Assembly: GCF_009914755.1 (NCBI RefSeq)
Contig: NC_060925.1
Direction: 5' to 3' (one strand)
Origin: the human T2T-CHM13v2.0 reference genome, Homo sapiens
DNA length: 64,000 bases
The translations under genes and the position numbers were made by a program. This document shows positions 24,300 through 42,390 of this stretch, in pieces (the first letter of the stretch is position 1; the number at the start of each line of letters is the position of its first letter). The notes beneath the pieces were generated by a model. It was given only the letters and a program-made list of their open reading frames with translations. It made no database searches and was not told where the DNA came from.

Positions 24300-26420
24300 T
24301 ATATATTCTTATGTCATCTGTGAATAAAGGCATTTCTACATCTTTCTTTCTGGACTATACGCCTCTGCTTTGTTTTCTTGCATATTACACTGTATAAGAA
24401 CTCAGTTAAATATTAAATAGCAGGGGTGAGAGAAGCCATTCTGACTTGTTTTCAATATTAGGGGAAAAACATTACATCTTTCATTATTAAATATGTATTA
24501 GAAATAGGGTTTTGTTTAATTTAAAAGATAACTGATAGTTTAAATCAATAGTAGTAATAACATATTTGGGATTTAGTATGACAAACTTAGCACAAAGGAT
24601 TGGAAGTAAACACTTATAAAAGTCTTATAGGTGAAATGACATTATATTACTTGAAGGTCGATTATGAAAAGTTAAATATGCATATTTTAAAATCTCTAGA
24701 AAAGAGGGGAAATTTTCTTATATAGATGAGAAAATCTAAAATCTCATACAAAAATGATAGATACAAATCCAACATAGCAGTAATTATATGTAATAAAAAT
24801 GACCTAAGCACTTAAGATAAAAGACAGAAATTAACAGACTAAATTAAAAAAGAAAAGAAATTATAAGCCCAAACTCCATGCTGGCTTGAAACAGACTTTT
24901 AAATATGAAGACATATATAAAAAAAGTAAAAGGGTAGGAATAAATATACAATTTAAGTATGAAGCATTAAAAATCTGGAGTTGCTGTTCTAATACCAAAG
25001 TAAATTTCAGAACAAGAAATATGATCAGAGAAATAGAGGGTCATTTCATTATGATAAAAGGATCAATTTAACAAAAACACATTCAATCCAAAATGTTTAA
25101 ATATCTAATTACAGAGCTTAACAAAACTGAAGCAAAACTGAAAGAACTTAAGGGATAAATAGACAAATCAACAATTACATCTTGAATCTGACTAAATATT
25201 TATATCCAAACTATTTAGATAGATAATGGGTAGATGATGATAGATAGGCATATGAACTCCTACAATTTTATAATAAACAACTACATTTGTTTAAATGAGC
25301 AAAGATTGAATGAACATTCATAAAAGAAGAATGTCCAATGTATACATGTAAGGATACACAATATCCTTTGTCAAGAGAGAAATGTAAATTAAAACTGTAG
25401 TAAGATAGCATTACAGACTCACCAGAATGGCAAAAATGTAAAAGACTGATAATACTAAATGTTAGCAAGGATGTGGGACAACTGGAACCCTCATACATTA
25501 ATGACAAGAATGAAAAATTATACAACTAGTTGGTTCCATTTGACAATTTCTACTGAAGTTTGACCTAGAGATTCCCCAAATTAAAAATATTTAAGTATTT
25601 TAAATATTTTCCCCAAATTAAAAAAAAATTTTGCACATAAAAATTTGGACACACATGTTTGTAGTACCTTTATTCGAACAGTCAAAAACTAAAAATAAAT
25701 CAAATATCCATCAATAGATGTATTAATAAACAATTATATTTTCATGATGGAATACTACTTGGCATTAAAAAAGAACTGCTTATACACACAAAAACAAGGT
25801 TGAATATCAAAATCCCTAAGTGAAGCAAGAGAGTCTGGCATAAAGAGACACCTACTATTTAATTCCATTTAGGTGAAACTCTACAAACGAATCCAAGACA
25901 GATGCTCCTGGACTTATGATAGGATTACATTTATGTCATAAAATAACTAATCTCAAGTTTAAAATATCATAAGTTGAAAACGCATGTAATACACCTAATC
26001 TGCCAAACATCACAGCTTAGCCTAGCCTGCCTAAAACATGCTCAGAATACTTACATCAGCCCACAGTTGGGTAAAATCATCTCATACAAAGCCTATTTTA
26101 TAATAAAGTGTTGAATATCTCATACAATTTATTGAATACAGTATGATACTGAAGTATAGTTTCTACTAAATGCATATTACTTTCACACATTCATAAAGTC
26201 AAAAAATTGTTACATTAGGGACCGTGTATATAGTAATAGAAAGCAAATCAATGATCACCAGCTGGCAAGGATAATTGGGGGAATCAATTGGCAGAGGCTC
26301 AAGGGAACATTGGGATGATTAAAAATGTTTTCATCTTTGTTGTGGAGATAGTTACGCATGTGTATAAGTTTGTCAAAGCATATTAGAGTATACACTAAAA
26401 ATGGGTGTTTTTTCTCAGAC
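24300..26420. mobile_element. Mosaic of old L1M/L1ME fragments (minus ~24300-24515, plus thereafter)
   Basis: EN-like peptide in ORF 24886-25071 (EGHFIMIKGSI); L1ME-type 3' end. Confidence 0.6.
25899..26226 (+). mobile_element. MER47A (Tigger-family MITE)
   Basis: Starts cagatgctcctggacttatgat; body cacagcttagcctagcctgcctaaaacatgctcagaa. Confidence 0.82.
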
Positions 26421-27589
26421 GTAATTTATAACTCAATAAAGATGATGTTAAAATATTATAGAAGACATAGATTTTCCTTCAACAGTATAGAACAAATTAA
26501 AATTTTGGTAATAGGCTGTGTTAAAATACACTGGTATCTGAAATTCACAACTTTAAACAAAGGTAATTTCACAACATTTTCAAAAGCTGCAATGCATATA
26601 TGCAGCTTCCACGGTAAATAATATATACTAGAGTTACACATTTCCACATTCAATATGATTTATGTACAATGCTATTCATTCCATAACTCTTTGTAATAGT
26701 AAAACAAGAATGAAATAGCTTAAATGCCTATGGATAAAAGATTATTTGGTTAAACAAATGAGGCAATATTCATTCAATGGAGTACCATCCTGCTACAAAA
26801 AAGAATGAGAATGTGCTTTATATGCTGAAGTGTAATAATATGTAAGATACACTATTAAACAAAAAGTAAGGTGCAGAAAAATTTTATAATATACTACTTT
26901 TGTGACTTAAAATTTGTTTACTGTTATGTGCTTGAAGTTCTGAGGGAGGATATACAGGAAACCTATCACACTGGGTGTTCTGAATGGGAAATTCTATTAA
27001 TGGATACTACAAGTTGAGGATAATTTTTAATATACATGGTTTTAAATTTTCTTCCTTCAAACCATTCAAAAAAGAATTAAACACAATATAAATTTTTAAA
27101 AATAAGAATATCATTGGTATAATAATAGATAAAATAGACAAAGAAATGGATTGATATTGAGAAACAGACTCATTTTTTTTCAAATTGAGGTCAGAGTAAA
27201 GGAGGCACTTCAAATCAGAAAGATAGAATTAGCCACTTCCTAAATGGCATTAGACAGCTGAAAACAATTAGACCTGAATTAATAAGCAACATTTTCATAT
27301 CAAGTATCAGAAAAGCAAATTCAAACTGGTTTTAGCAAAGAAGGAATTTCTTGGCTTACTCAACGAATGTTTAGGGGAGTACTAGGTTCATATGTGGCTT
27401 GATGACAGTGCATACAATATTTCAAAGATCTGTATCTCTTAGTTATGCTCTGTTTTTTTCTGTGCATTGTCCTCATTCTCAAAGTCTTTCCCTGAGGCTT
27501 TGCAGCTCTAGATTGCACATTTTTTGTCTCCTCACATACTGTGAGTACTTCTATATTTATAAAATAAATTAATTTCATATGTCAATTGT

Positions 27590-29300
27590 AATTCACTGCA
27601 TTAATAGAATAAAGAGATAAAATATGTAATTTTCACAATAGGGGCTAGAAAGGCATTTGATAAAAGGCAAGTCTTTTTTCATAAAATGTGTTAGCAAATT
27701 AAGAATACAAAGGGGCTATCTTTAACTTGGTAAAAGATATACTGTATAGCAAAACCTATAACAAACTTTGTACCTAATGGAAAAACTATTAATGCATTCC
27801 CTTTGAGACCCAGAATAAGACAAAAAGGTACACCAATACTGCTACTGTTAAAACACACTATTAGAAGTTTTGGCAAAGGCTATAAAGAAAAAACAAGAAA
27901 TAAGAAAAACATTAGAAGGTAAGATGTAAAACTGTCATAATTTGCAGGTAAAGTGAATATCTTCTTATGAGAGATTTGACTCTCTACAACAACAATAACC
28001 AAAGAGACAATAATTTTAAAAGAATAACATTGTCAATAGCAATGAAAATAATGCATTGTTTAGAAATAAATTTTATAAAATACAAAAGACCTCTATGGAC
28101 AAAACTTTAAAACTCAAAATAACATGGAAGATGATCTGATTAATGGAGAAGCATTTCATGTTCTTGTTTTCTTTATTATAAAAAGTCATTATTCCTTAAA
28201 TTAATGTAAATATTCAAGGAAACTACAACAAAAGAAGGAAACTTGTTCTACCAGATGTAAGATATTCTACAAAACTCAGTAATAAATATAATGTGCTATT
28301 GGTGCAATAACAGGTGAATGAACCAACGACTATTCCAAGGAGTCCAGAGACAGATCCATGTGTGTATGATAACTTTATATATAATAAAGGCAGCACTACA
28401 AATCAATGAGGAAACTTTTCAAGACCAAAAGTTGTCAAGAATTTAGTTCAATAGGAATTTTTATACCAGGACGAGGGTAAATTACTACAACCACTTTGGG
28501 ATGTAATTTGAAATGAGCATTCTCATACACTGTAACAGATCAAGTTTTGCACAGGTGCCCTGAGAGTCTTGTATAAGTATGTTCATAGCAACACTGTTTA
28601 TAATAGAAAGAACAAGGAAACAATTCAAATTGCCAGCAATCTAGAGAATAGATGGGAAAATCAAATGATTGATGTATAGCATAAAACTGTATACACAGCA
28701 AAAAAAAAAATGAAAGAACTGCAGGTATACTCAAAAATACAAAGAGTTTTAGCAACAATGTTTAATGAAAACAGCAAGTTCCAGAAAATCACATAAGGTG
28801 TGATATCATATTTATTATACCACAAAGCTAAAGGCATGTGAAACAACTGCATGTTGCTAAGAGGCATGTATATGTGTGTTTGTATGTGTGCATACGTGTG
28901 TGCATAGAAAATTAAATTATTTTAAACAATACTTTAAAAGAAAAAACAGTTCTTCTGCCTTACCTTGTACACTCCAGTGAAATCTCCTAGGCAGAGTTAG
29001 AGGTGCTTACAGCAAAATCCTTCTGCATTTATAGGAATGATGAATGCCCAGAAGATACAGAGGGGACACTGACAATGCCTGCTACACAAAGAAACATAAA
29101 CATAAAATTCAAGCTAGTGATTACTTGTGGGGTTGCCGCAGGTGTATACAAGAGGTGAGAGCATTTAGTAAAGGAAATATTTGTGACTTTCTAGTTAGTG
29201 AATTTCAGCTGGCAAGGGTAAGTTTGTGTCATCAATTTTATTAATAATATGTTTCATAACATATATATTCTTTCAATACTTCATTAGAATCATAAAAAGA
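27590..29300 (+). mobile_element. Old L1M ORF2/3' remnant
   Basis: Decayed RT-region and 3'UTR similarity (gcattccctttgagacccagaataagacaa, gagtccagagacagatcc). Confidence 0.6.
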
Positions 29301-30669
29301 AAAATAAAACATTTTTCTTGCAAAGCAAAAGCAAGCAAAAAAAAAGAAAGAAGGTCCAATTAGGAAAGAATTATTCCCAGTTACAAAACAAAAAGCTGTT
29401 AATTGCAGCTCTGTTTTCTATAGAGTACAAATAAGAAAATGTTTGATTTTTCTTCAATAATTGCCTTGTTTACTTTTTCTTTTCTGTCTCTTAAGATATC
29501 TTGGGCAGAATGTATAGCTATGCATTCATTAATATTAAATATAATATATTAAAAACCTAGCTGATTCTGTCTCGTAGATAATTCGGTACTCACCTTTTCC
29601 CCATGGACAGTGCCTGCTAGATATCAAGTGAGAAGGACATGCTGTGGGGTGGACATTCCCATTCCTCTTATCCCCACAGTCCCTCTCCTTTTCCTTATAG
29701 CATCTCCAGAGCTGGAAAAGGAGAAAGGCAATAGAGGGAAGGGGTGAAAGTCTTACTAACTTGGGCTACTATAATCTACTCTTGGCTTATGTTGTCCTCT
29801 GCCTAAGTGGGTACCTTCTACTACTCTCTGAATCATTTGGGAAGCCTCATCAGAGGAGTCTAATCACCACTGCTCAATTCCCTGATGTGCAAGATGCATT
29901 GTCTCTCTAGCCTCTCATGCTCCCACTACCTTTGGTACTCCTCACATCTGGCTGCTGGTGTCCCTTCTGCTGGCAGTGTTCTTAAGAAGGGTGCCAACTT
30001 GGAGCACTGATATCTGGAAACTCAGATATCTGCCATCTCCATTTTACTTAGGAGATTTCCCTTTAGTTTATTGGCTTTAATCATCATAGCTAATTATTAC
30101 AACAGTCCTGTAAGTACTTACTTTTAATGTGATTTTACAAATGAGGAAAGTGGTGTTCTAAGAAATTAAAGAAAGCTGAATTTAACTACTGAATGCTGGG
30201 GCAGAGCAGAACTGAAGCACTCTGACCTCAAAACCTGGAGCCAAATGATAATCAATAGGATGCTTGGAGGAAATGAAATCAGACAAATGGAGGTAATTTC
30301 ATTCAGGCCATGTTCAGATGTGATGAATCATTCCTGTCTGCAACAGAAATCTTATTCATTTTCCTTGAGATTTACTGTTCACCTTCCCTGAACTGTGCTG
30401 GTTGTTAAATCACTAATCTATAAATGCCAGTACTTTGCCCTTTTGGCTTATTCTTTCTAAATTCCATACCCATTAACATTTTCTTTAGATACATTTGAAG
30501 ACATCAGTTTGGCTACAGTTGTATCTGATTAGAAATTTGAGAACTTGTTCTCCTTAATTTTTTTCAATGTGGACATCTTTTTTAAAATTGGCAAGTAAAA
30601 AATATATATACTTATGGTATACAACATGATGTTTTGATATATCGTGGAATGGCTAAGTCAAGGCAAAAT

Positions 30670-31760
30670 AATAGAATAATTAAAACAATTCTAAAAAAGA
30701 TCAAAGTTAGAAGACTCAAACTGGTATCTAGATGATCTGATATCTAGACTCCTTAAAAAAGCTAAAGTTATGAAGAAATGAAAGAACATGGAGTATTTGA
30801 TGAAAGGCTAGATACACGGATTAGTGGAACAAAATGAAGAGCTTAGAAATAGATTCACAAAACCTAGTCAACTGATTTTGGGGATAGATGCAAAAACTAA
30901 GTCAATAGAGAAAAATACTATGGTCTTTTCAACAAAAGGTGTTGGAACAATTGGATGTACATATAAAAAACAGTGAACCTGACCTAAATATCAAGCCAAT
31001 ACAAAAACTAACTCAAAATAGAATTATAGACATAATTGTAAAATATAAAACTATAAAATTCCTAGAAAAAACTGCATCTTGGGTTTTCCAAAGAGTTCTA
31101 AGATATGATACTAAAACATAATATTTAAAAATAATAGTGCCACAATAAACATAAGTGTACATGTGTCTTTGTTGTGCACATGTACCCTAGAAATTAAAGT
31201 ATAATAAAAAATTTAAAAAAATAATAAATTAGACTTCATACAAATTAAAAACTTAAGACAATTTCTTCTAAAGTTAAACATACGCTTGCCATACAAATCT
31301 AGCATTCCCATATCGAGGTATTTATTCAAGTGAATTGAGATAATCTGTTTATGCAAAAATCTTTATTCATAATCACCAATAACTGGAAACAATCAAATTG
31401 TCCTCCAATTGTGAGTGGCTAAACTGTTGTATCCACACAAAGAAGTTATTGAATATAGGCCTTGAGCTGGGGAAAACAAGGTGAGCCTGGAACATATTGT
31501 GATGTCAGAAAGGAAAGAAATACTCAAAAAAGGAAAAGAAATAAATAATAAATAAAAAGAATGAAAACGATGGAGGTAAGCCAACCAAAAATAACCTCTA
31601 ATGGCCAAACCTGGAACAATTTGAGCAAGAAAATTAATAATGTAGGATTGAATTATAACTGAAAGTATAAAATAAATATTCATGAGTTCACATTGAAATA
31701 AATAAATGATTGAATGAATTAGTGAGAAGACACAATTAAAATTATTTCAAAATAAGCAGT
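30670..31760 (+). mobile_element. Old L1M ORF2 3' part and 3'UTR
   Basis: ORF2-like peptide in ORF 30939-31121 (KYKTIKFLE); cttttcaacaaaaggtgttggaacaattgg. Confidence 0.65.
31137..31216 (+). mobile_element. Miniature 5'-inverted (twin-primed) L1PA insertion
   Basis: 31133-31170 is antisense ORF2 end; 31171-31216 is sense 3' terminus plus tail; TSD AAAAATAATA at 31127-31136 and 31217-31226. Confidence 0.85.
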
Positions 31761-31810
31761 CAAAAAATTCCAAGTGTAGCTACATGTGTCCCTTGGTTTG
31801 ATAGTTTTAA

Positions 31811-32169
<359 letters not shown>

Positions 32170-32524
32170 TTAAATTGTCTTTCCTTTCTTCAGATATACC
32201 TATGTTCTTTTGTTTCTTCTATTTTTTCCAAAGGAAATAAAATTTGTTTTTCCTTTGCTGTACAAAATGGTAGTTTATTTTTGAGATTCCAAATGTTCAC
32301 TCTGCATTATTTTTACTCAATTTTTTCCTTTTAGTTATTTCTTCATAGCTTTATTAAGATGTGTTAGATGCAATACACTGCACTTATATTTTATATTGTA
32401 CATGGCATTTAAATTTTTTAATTTTAAATTTTTGTTTATTATTTTTCACTTCCTTTCAGTTCTAGACCTGCAGAAAAATTTTTAATTTTTGACTGTTCTT
32501 TGCTAGTATATGAATCACAAGTAA

Positions 32525-32833
<309 letters not shown>

Positions 32834-33246
32834 AAGCACAAGTACTTTTTATATATTCACCTGGCATCCTGCAACCTTTATAAACTAATTTTTTTATTTC
32901 TTTTGTATACATGATCATGTTGTCTGTGCATCAAGACAGATTTACTTCCTTCATTATCATTTGGATGTATTTTATTTCTTTTATTGCCCTACCTCACAGG
33001 ATAGATCCTCCAGAACAATGCTTAATAGGAATTATAAGAGCAGAAATCCTTACCTTCTTTAAGATCCTTGGAGAAAATTATTCACTCTTTAGCCAATATG
33101 CATGATATTATCTGTAGGGTTTTTTGTTTTTAAAGTCATCCTAGTTTTTTTGACAATCAGATGGGCTTTCATTCTTCTTTTCTGGGCTAGATAGATTGAA
33201 AGAGAATCTGGCCATTTTTTCACTGAAATGTTAAAGGTATTAAGTG

Positions 33247-34069
33247 TTTTTTTATTATTTTATTTTAGATTCAGGGTTATATGTATGGGTTTGTTGTATA
33301 GGTAAATTGCATGTCATGGGGGTTTGGTGTACAAATTATTTTGTCACCCAGGTAATAAGCATAGTATGTGATAGGCAGTTTTTTTATTCTCACTCTCCTT
33401 CCACCCTCCACCCTCAAGTAGGTGCTGGTGTCTGTTATTCCCTTCTTTGTGTTCATATGTCCTCAATGTTTAGCTTCCACTTATAAGTGAGAACATGCAA
33501 TATTTGGTTTTCTGTTCCTGTGTTAGTTTGCTTAAGATAATGGCCTCCCACTCCATCCATATTGCTGCAAAGGACATGATCTCATTCTTTTTTATGGCTG
33601 AATAATAGTCCATGGTGTACCACAGTTTGTTTATCCAGTCTACTATGGATGGGCATCTATGTTGATTCCATGTCTTTGCTATTGTAAATAGTGCTGTGAT
33701 GAACATACACATGCATGTGTCCTTATGATAGAATGATTTCTATTCCTTTAGGTATAGACCCAATAATGGGATTGCTGGGTCAAATGGTAATTCTGTTTTA
33801 AGCTCTTTGAGAAATTACCAAACTGCTTTCCACAATGGCTGAACTAATCCATATTCCCACCAGTAGTGCATAAGCATTCCCGTTTCTTCACAGCCTAGCC
33901 AGCCAGCATCTGTTATTTTTTTCTTTTTTTGACTTATATTTTGACTTTTATTATTACAGCCATTCTGAGTGGTGTGAGATGGTATCTAATTGTGGTTTTG
34001 ATTTGCATTTCTCTAATTATTAGTGATGTTGAGCATTTTTTCATATGCTTGTTGGCCACATAAATGTCT
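33247..34069 (-). mobile_element. 5'-truncated L1PA15/16-like element
   Basis: ORF2 C-terminal peptides (ORF 33470-33712) and 3'UTR ggtaaattgcatgtcatgggggtttggtgtaca. Confidence 0.85.
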
Positions 34070-36354
34070 GTAGTAGTTTTGAAGATCTCTTTTATTTGGT
34101 TGAGAAAATTCCTTTCTATTCCTAGTTTGTTGAGTTTTTTTTCTTTCAGAAAAGAATGTTGGATTTTGTCAAATACCATTCAGCATCTATTCAGATAATC
34201 TTATTTATTATTATCATTGTCAGATGTGGCATGATCAATTACATTAATTTATTTATGCATATTAAATCAACCTTGTATTGCTGGAATACAATTCACTTGG
34301 TTATGACATATGTTTTAATTTGCTAAAAAAATTTTTTAACACTTTTGCAACGGTTTTTTCTTGTAATGTCTTTCCTGATTTGAATATCAGAATAATATTT
34401 GGCTCATAGAGTAAATTAGGAAGCATTTCCCTTTCTTCAATTTCTTAGAAAAACTATTATTTCTTCCTTAAATAATGGTAGAATTTTCCAGAGAAGCCAA
34501 TTGGAACTAAATTTTTCTTCATGGGAAGATTTTTAATTATAAATTTATTTTCTTTAATAAATGTAGAGTGATTCCATTTATATACTTCTTCCTGAGTATA
34601 ATTTGTCTACCTTGTCTAACTTACTGATTTAACATAAAAGTTTTCATAAAATGTTTTATAATTCTTTTAAAGCCTTAAGGATCTGTAGTTATGTTAACTC
34701 TTTTATTTTTGATATTGGCAATTCATGTCTTCTCAAATTTTTTTCTTGATTGGTCTACATCTGTTCAATTTGGTTTATCAATCTTATTGATCTTCTCAAA
34801 AAGAAAACATTTGTTTCTGATTCCTACTTCACCGATTTTCCCTACAACCTTTATTATTTCCTTTCTTCTGCTCAATCTGAGTTTCATTTGTTCCTCTTTC
34901 TCTAGTTTCTTAAGGTGAAAGCTGAAGTCATTGATTTAGGTAGGACATATTTTCTTTTCTATTATAAATGTTTACTGGCATACATTTTCCCCTAAGCATT
35001 GCTTTTGCTTTATCCCACCAATTTTGGCATATTGTGTTTTAATTTTCTTTGAGATAAAAATTATTTCTAATCTTCTTTTCAATTTCTTCTTTGACTAATG
35101 CATAATTAAGAAGTGTGTTATATATTTTCTGTGATAGTTAATTTTAATTTTATGTTTCAGCTTGACTAGACTATGATGAACAGTTGCTCAGTTAAACATT
35201 AGTCTACATGTTGCTGTTAAGGTATTTCTAAGGTGCGATTAATGTTTAAAGTCAGTTGACTTGAAGTAAAGCAGATTACCTTCCATAATGTGAACCGGCC
35301 TTATCCAATCAGTTGAGGCCCTTAAGAAGAAAAACAGATTTGCAAAAGAAGGAATTCTGTCTCCAGAATTCAATACAGAAATTCTGCACAAGTTTGCAGT
35401 CTTCAGACTCAAAATACCTTGAGCTGACCTTGCATAAGAAGGGTTTAAACTGTATAGGTCTACTTATATGCAGATTTTTTTTCAATAAATGTATTGGAAA
35501 GTGTTTGGAGATTTGCAACAATTTCTTAAATTTTTGAATTTTTATATATTTAGGGGGTACAAGTGCAGATTTCTTACATGTACATATTGATCAGTAATGA
35601 AGTCTGAAGTTTTAGTGTAGTCATCACCCAAACAATGAATATTGTACTCAATAGGTAATTTATCAATCCTCATCTACCTCTCCCACCTTTTGGAGTCTGC
35701 ATTGTCTATTATTCCACCCTGGAAGTCCATACACTCTTGTTTAGCTCACACTTTTAAGTAAGAAAATGTTGTATTTGACTTTCTGTTTCTGAGTTATTTC
35801 ACTTAGAATAATGGCCTCCAGTGCCATTCATGTTGCTGCAAAAGACATAGTTTCATTCTCTTTTTTATGGCTGAGTAGTATTCCATGGTATTACATATAG
35901 TTATATATTTTATTATAAAATATTATATATTTTCTTTATCCAGTCATCCATTAATGGACACTTAGGCTGATTCCATATTTTTGCTATTGTGAGTAGTCTT
36001 GTGATAAACATATGAGTGCAAGTATCTATTTGATATAATAATTTCTTTCTACTTGAGTATATACCCAGTAGTGGGATTGCTGGCTAGAATGGCCTTCTGT
36101 TTCTTATTTCTTTGGGAGATCTCCATACTGTTTTCTATAGAGGTTGTATTAATTTACATTACCACTAAAGGTGTATAGAATTTTCTTTTTATCATATCCT
36201 ATCTAACATCTTTTGTTTTTTGGCTTCTATTAATAATTACCATTCTGACTGGTGTAAGATGGCATGTCATTGTGGTTTAATTGTATTTCTCTGATTACTA
36301 GTGATGTTAGCTTTTTTTCATATGTTGGTTGGCCATTTGTATGTCTTCTTTTGA

Positions 36355-36708
<354 letters not shown>

Positions 36709-36897
36709 TTTTGCCCACTTCTGAATGGTCTGTTGTTGTTGAGTTGTTTGAGTTCCTTGTAGATTCTAGATACTAGCTCTTTGTTGAATGCATAGTTTCC
36801 AACATTTTTTCTCATTCTGGAGGTTATATGTTTACTCTGTTGATTGTTTCTTTTGCTGTGCAGAAGCTTTTTAGTTTAATTAAGTCCCCTTTGTCTA

Positions 36898-36899
<2 letters not shown>

Positions 36900-36933
<34 letters not shown>
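36900..36933. repeat. (TG)n microsatellite, about 16-17 units
   Basis: Uninterrupted GT run. Confidence 0.95.
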
Positions 36934-36935
<2 letters not shown>

Positions 36936-37898
36936 AGTTTTCTTTTGAGGACTTGGTCATAAATTCTTTGCCTATGTCAATGTCCAGAAGAGTTTTTCCT
37001 AGGTTTTCTTCTGGGATTTTATATTTTCTGGTCTTACATTTATGTCTTTAATCCATCTTGAGTTAATTTTTGTATATGGTGACAGGTGTGGGTCCAGTTT
37101 CATTCCTCTGCATAAAACTATTCAATTTTCCCCAGCATCATTTATTTAATAGCATGCCCTTTCACCAGTGTATATTTTTGTTGACTGTCAAAGATCAGTT
37201 GATTGTAGGTATGTAGCTTTCAATCTGGGTTCTCTGTTCTATTCCATCTCTCTGTGTGTCTATATTTATTCCAGTACCATGTCGTTTTGGTTAATATAGC
37301 TTTGTAGTATAACTTGAAGCCAAGTAATGTGATGCCTCCACCTTTGTTCTTTTTGCTTAGGATTGCTTTGGCTATTCAGACTCTTTTTAGTTTCCATGTG
37401 AAGTTTAGGATTGTTTTTTCTAATTTTGTGAAAAGTGATGTTGACATTTCAATAGGGATTGGGTTGAATCTCTAGGTTTCTTTAGGAAGTATGTTCATTT
37501 TAATTATATTGATTCTTCCAATCCATTAACATGGAATTTTTTCCCCATTTGTCTGTGTTATTGATGATTTCTTTCATCAGTGTTTTGTAGTTTTCCTTAT
37601 GCAAATCTTTCACCTCCTTGGTTAAATATATTCCTAGGTTTTTTTTAGGTAGAGATTTGCAACAGTTTAAAAGAACTTGCAGATGAACTGCATAGCATAG
37701 AAATATAAAAAACTAACATAAAGTCAGATACATCATGAATGCAAAAATATATGCAGATCCTAGTCTATTTTATAATTTACTACCATAAAATATACATAAA
37801 TCTATCATAAAAAGTTTAAATGTATTAAAACCAATGCACTCAAACATATACAGAAGTGCCATTCCCAGTTGAGAGAAATGTAAAACAAACATAATGAT

Positions 37899-40976
<3,078 letters not shown>

Positions 40977-41728
40977 ATATTATGATTCAGTATTAAATTA
41001 TAACTGCATAAAATTAACTGTAGTACATACTGTAATACCATAATAATTTTGTAGCCACCTCCTGTTGCTATGGCAGTGAGTTCAAATGTTGAACGTATCC
41101 ACTTTAAAATGCCATATGACTCTAATCTTCTCCATATAAGCAGTTTGTCTCTCTAGTAAATTACGTATCACAGTAAAAAGTGATCGCTCACAGTTCTTAT
41201 TTATTTTTCACTGTGTTAGTTCAATACCATAAACCTTGAATAATACTAGAGAACTCAAATGAAATGCCACTGGTAGAGCTGGAACTGCTCCCAAGAAGCA
41301 GACAAAAGTTATGACATTACAAGAAAAAGTTGAACTGTTTGATAAGTACTACAGATTAAGGTCTACTGCTACAGTTGCCTACTATTTCAATATAAATAAA
41401 ACCAGCATAAGACAATATTTAAAAAAGAAAAAAAAATTAATAAAGCTGTTGCTGCAGCTACATCACCAGGTATGAATCCTTGCATTTTTTTTTTAGTTTT
41501 GTAAAATAACTTTTTATATCATGTAGAAAATGCAGCGCTCATGTGAGTACAGGATTTTCCTAAGAAAGTCATATCTATAGACTCTTAATATGATCTGAGG
41601 AAAAGTGAAGTTACTATATGGCAACTTAAAGCAAAAGGAAGATGAAAGATATAAAGCTGGAAAATTCAGTGTCAGCAAAGGACAGTTTGATGATTTTAGA
41701 AGGACATTTGACCTAAAAAATCTCAAGA

Positions 41729-42042
41729 AGCTGGCTGTGGTGGCTCACGCCTGTAATCCCAGCACTTTGGGAGGTTGAAACTGGAGGACTGCTTGATTTC
41801 AGGAGTTTAAGAACAGCCTATACAACATAATGAGATTGCATATCTACTAAAAATATAAATTAAAAAAAAGTAGCTGGGTGTGATAGTGCATACCTGTAGT
41901 CCCAGCTACTCAGGAGGCTGAGATGGGAGGCATTCCTTGAGCCTGGGAGATTGAGGCTGCAGTGAGCTATAATTGCACCACTGCACTTCAGCCTGGGCAA
42001 CAGGATGAGACCCCCCCGCCTCTAAAAAAAAAAAAAAAAAAA
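41729..42042 (+). mobile_element. AluJ inside Tigger2
   Basis: Diverged dimeric Alu with A-tail. Confidence 0.88.
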
Positions 42043-42390
42043 GTAAAGGTAACAAGAGAACCAGCTTCTGCCAACCAAGAAGCAGTAGATGAGTTCCTAG
42101 ATACTATTAAGAAAAATACTGAGAGGAAAGGATATCTGACTAAACAGGTTTTTAGTGTAGACGAAGGTGCCCTATGAGAGGCCACAGAGGATATTTATTA
42201 ATAAGGGAGAGGAGCGAGTACCAGGACTTAAGGCAGGAGAGGATAAGCTAACTCTCCTATTTTGTGCAAATTTAGTTGGGTTTATGACCAAGTCTACCCT
42301 CACCTATAAATCTACTAGCCCGCAGGCCTTGAAAAGAAAAGATAGACACCAGTGCTGTTTCAACAACAAGAAGGCCTGAACACTTTTTCT

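Noticed and set aside
29038-29073. C-box (ATGATGA) and D-box (CTGA) pair suggesting a snoRNA
   Set aside because: The boxes are only about 25 nt apart and there is no terminal stem.
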